Shown here in pieces: positions 36,189 through 37,323 of a stretch of DNA of 37,323 nt. Source of the stretch: Methanobacteriota archaeon (GTDB lineage: Archaea > Halobacteriota > Methanocellia > Methanocellales > Methanocellaceae); assembly GCA_023436075.1 (NCBI GenBank), contig JAEZKS010000243.1, positions 1 through 37,323 of the forward strand, in the 5' to 3' direction. Position numbers and translations under genes: made by a program. The notes under the pieces were generated by a model. The model ran no database searches and was not told where the DNA came from. It worked only from the letters and a program-made list of their open reading frames with translations. Numbering within the stretch: the first letter of the stretch is position 1; each line of letters begins with the position of its first letter.

Positions 36189-36266
36189 AATAAGAGGGCC
36201 TCGTGGCCCGCCACGCGCGCGTGACCGCTGCGAAGGCAGCTCTTATTGACTGCGAAGGCAGCTCTT
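36189..36266. repeat. REP-like hairpin centred on CACGCGCGCGTG plus 17-bp tandem duplication
   Basis: AATAAGAG (36189) pairs with CTCTTATT (ends 36247) around the palindrome at 36212-36223. CTGCGAAGGCAGCTCTT is exact at 36228-36244 and 36250-36266. Confidence 0.75.
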
Positions 36267-36454
36267 GTTAAAGCCCAGTAATTGCCACGATTTACAGCAC
36301 CGGGCTTTCGCATTTCTTTCTATAATCCGACAGCGGTAATTTCAAAAAGCGTAGGGAACATATTTATTGATTTATTTTAAAGATATGGTTGATTTACATA
36401 GAATAAATCGATCGGGTTCTGTGTACGTCCACGAGGGGTCTAGGAGGATAAAAG

Positions 36455-36790
36455 ATGAGGTCGGGTATACAGCTCGGAACACGAGCTAAATTATTGCTAA
36501 TTGGTATCGCCAGTGGGTTAGCAGGCGTAGCGGTCGATATAGATCACATACCTCAGTATCTCTTTAACATGCGCCTGGGCCCGGTATTCTTGATCGACGG
36601 CTTCTTCGATGGTTTCAGGTTTTCTGGAATAGGACGGCCGATCCACGCGCTCGTGCTATATCTCAGTCTCGCAGCCTTTGCCTGCATCACCGTACTGTTG
36701 CTCCAGTACAGTATGAGAACCACGGCAAGATCGGTGGCGAAGAGCGTCATTGCGACAGTACAGAAAGCGATCAGTCCGGCACCCGAATGA
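36455..36790 (+). CDS. Small membrane protein with D-x-D-H and R-x-x-H motifs (partial YdjM-like hydrolase)
   Basis: 111 aa, AGGAGG RBS, two hydrophobic helices, VDIDH and GRPIH. Confidence 0.7.
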   Translation: MRSGIQLGTRAKLLLIGIASGLAGVAVDIDHIPQYLFNMRLGPVFLIDGFFDGFRFSGIGRPIHALVLYLSLAAFACITVLLLQYSMRTTARSVAKSVIATVQKAISPAPE

Positions 36791-36816
36791 CGGATGGAAT
36801 CGACGACGGGGGATAA

Positions 36817-37083
36817 ATGATGGCTGTAAGCATCACATATATCCTGATGTGCGAGCTAGGGCATTTCCTGCTCGCATTCTTTTCCGGCTTGATAGTCTGG
36901 CTACTGATTACAGTCGCCTATAACTGGCTGTACTCCAGAATAGACGATTATCAGCTGGAGATCAATCCAGGCTCGATTACCCGTGCGATCATGAATAATT
37001 CAAAACTGCTCATCTTAATGATGGCTATATGTGCAGGACTGTTGTCGCATGTGCTGGAGGACTATTATTTTAGTATAGTGTAG
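36817..37083 (+). CDS. Small membrane protein with GH and SH-x-x-ED motifs (partial YdjM-like hydrolase)
   Basis: 88 aa, hydrophobic, ELGHFLL near the N-terminus and GLLSHVLEDY near the C-terminus. Confidence 0.7.
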   Translation: MMAVSITYILMCELGHFLLAFFSGLIVWLLITVAYNWLYSRIDDYQLEINPGSITRAIMNNSKLLILMMAICAGLLSHVLEDYYFSIV

Positions 37084-37165
37084 ACAGGCATACTGCATAC
37101 AGCGATTGACAAATAAGCATAACATGAGAAAGTATTAAACCATTCATGGAAGCTATACCCATGTT

Positions 37166-37323
37166 ATGATCTTCTTCGGCCACATCGGCATCACGCTCCT
37201 CCTGGCCTTCCTCATGTTCAACTTCCTAAAGGAGAAGATCGACTACAGGTTCCTCATCGTCGGGTCGATCCTTCCGGACCTGATCGATAAGCCGATCGGC
37301 CAGTACCTCTTCTATGATACCTT
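37166..37323 (+). CDS. YdjM-like membrane metal-dependent hydrolase (5' part, runs off window)
   Basis: Not in the ORF track. Translated by hand: MIFFGHIGITLLLAFLMFNFLKEKIDYRFLIVGSILPDLIDKPIGQYLFYDT, with GH and GSILPDLIDKP motifs. Confidence 0.85.
   Translation, partial: MIFFGHIGITLLLAFLMFNFLKEKIDYRFLIVGSILPDLIDKPIGQYLFYDT

Noticed and set aside
1..37323. tRNA/rRNA genes
   Set aside because: No cloverleaf with T-loop GTTCRA context or rRNA-like segment was recognised in the intergenic regions by eye. A tRNAscan-SE/Infernal run would be needed to exclude them formally.

Overview
Archaeal chromosomal segment, most likely a Methanocella-type methanogen. This is inferred from TATA-box promoters, DUF1616/DUF354/DUF362 genes, an HPS-RraA fusion, a propeller-wHTH membrane regulator, and GC-rich coding with AT-rich intergenic DNA. 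Left part: an HSL-family esterase, a stand-alone LigD-type primase-polymerase, a membrane glycoprotein and a translationally coupled dapL-lysA-dapF lysine operon. Middle: cell-surface genes (Ig-like secreted protein, membrane-tethered beta-propeller/wHTH regulator, DUF1616 protein, a >1000-aa triple beta-helix protein with PT linkers). 15.6-33.7 kb: a surface glycan/exopolysaccharide locus with the WbpA/B/E/D-like route to a 2,3-diacetamido uronic acid, the WbuXYZ/AglXYZ-like acetamidino module, a flippase, a multipass polymerase-like protein, GT2, DUF354 and a separately promoted deacetylase + 2 Fem-like GNAT + DUF362 module. Right end: HPS-RraA fusion and three YdjM-like membrane hydrolase ORFs, two of which look like complementary halves. 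The most unusual signal is non-coding. Almost every large intergenic gap holds a foldback element, falling into recurring families: CAC[G/T]AA-periodic hairpins of ~430 bp (1-345, 34067-34491), CTCC-periodic hairpins of ~220 bp (1505-1722, 35907-36134), and a REP-like CACGCGCGCGTG palindrome found six times. No transposase is present in the window. All calls were made by eye from motifs; no searches were run.
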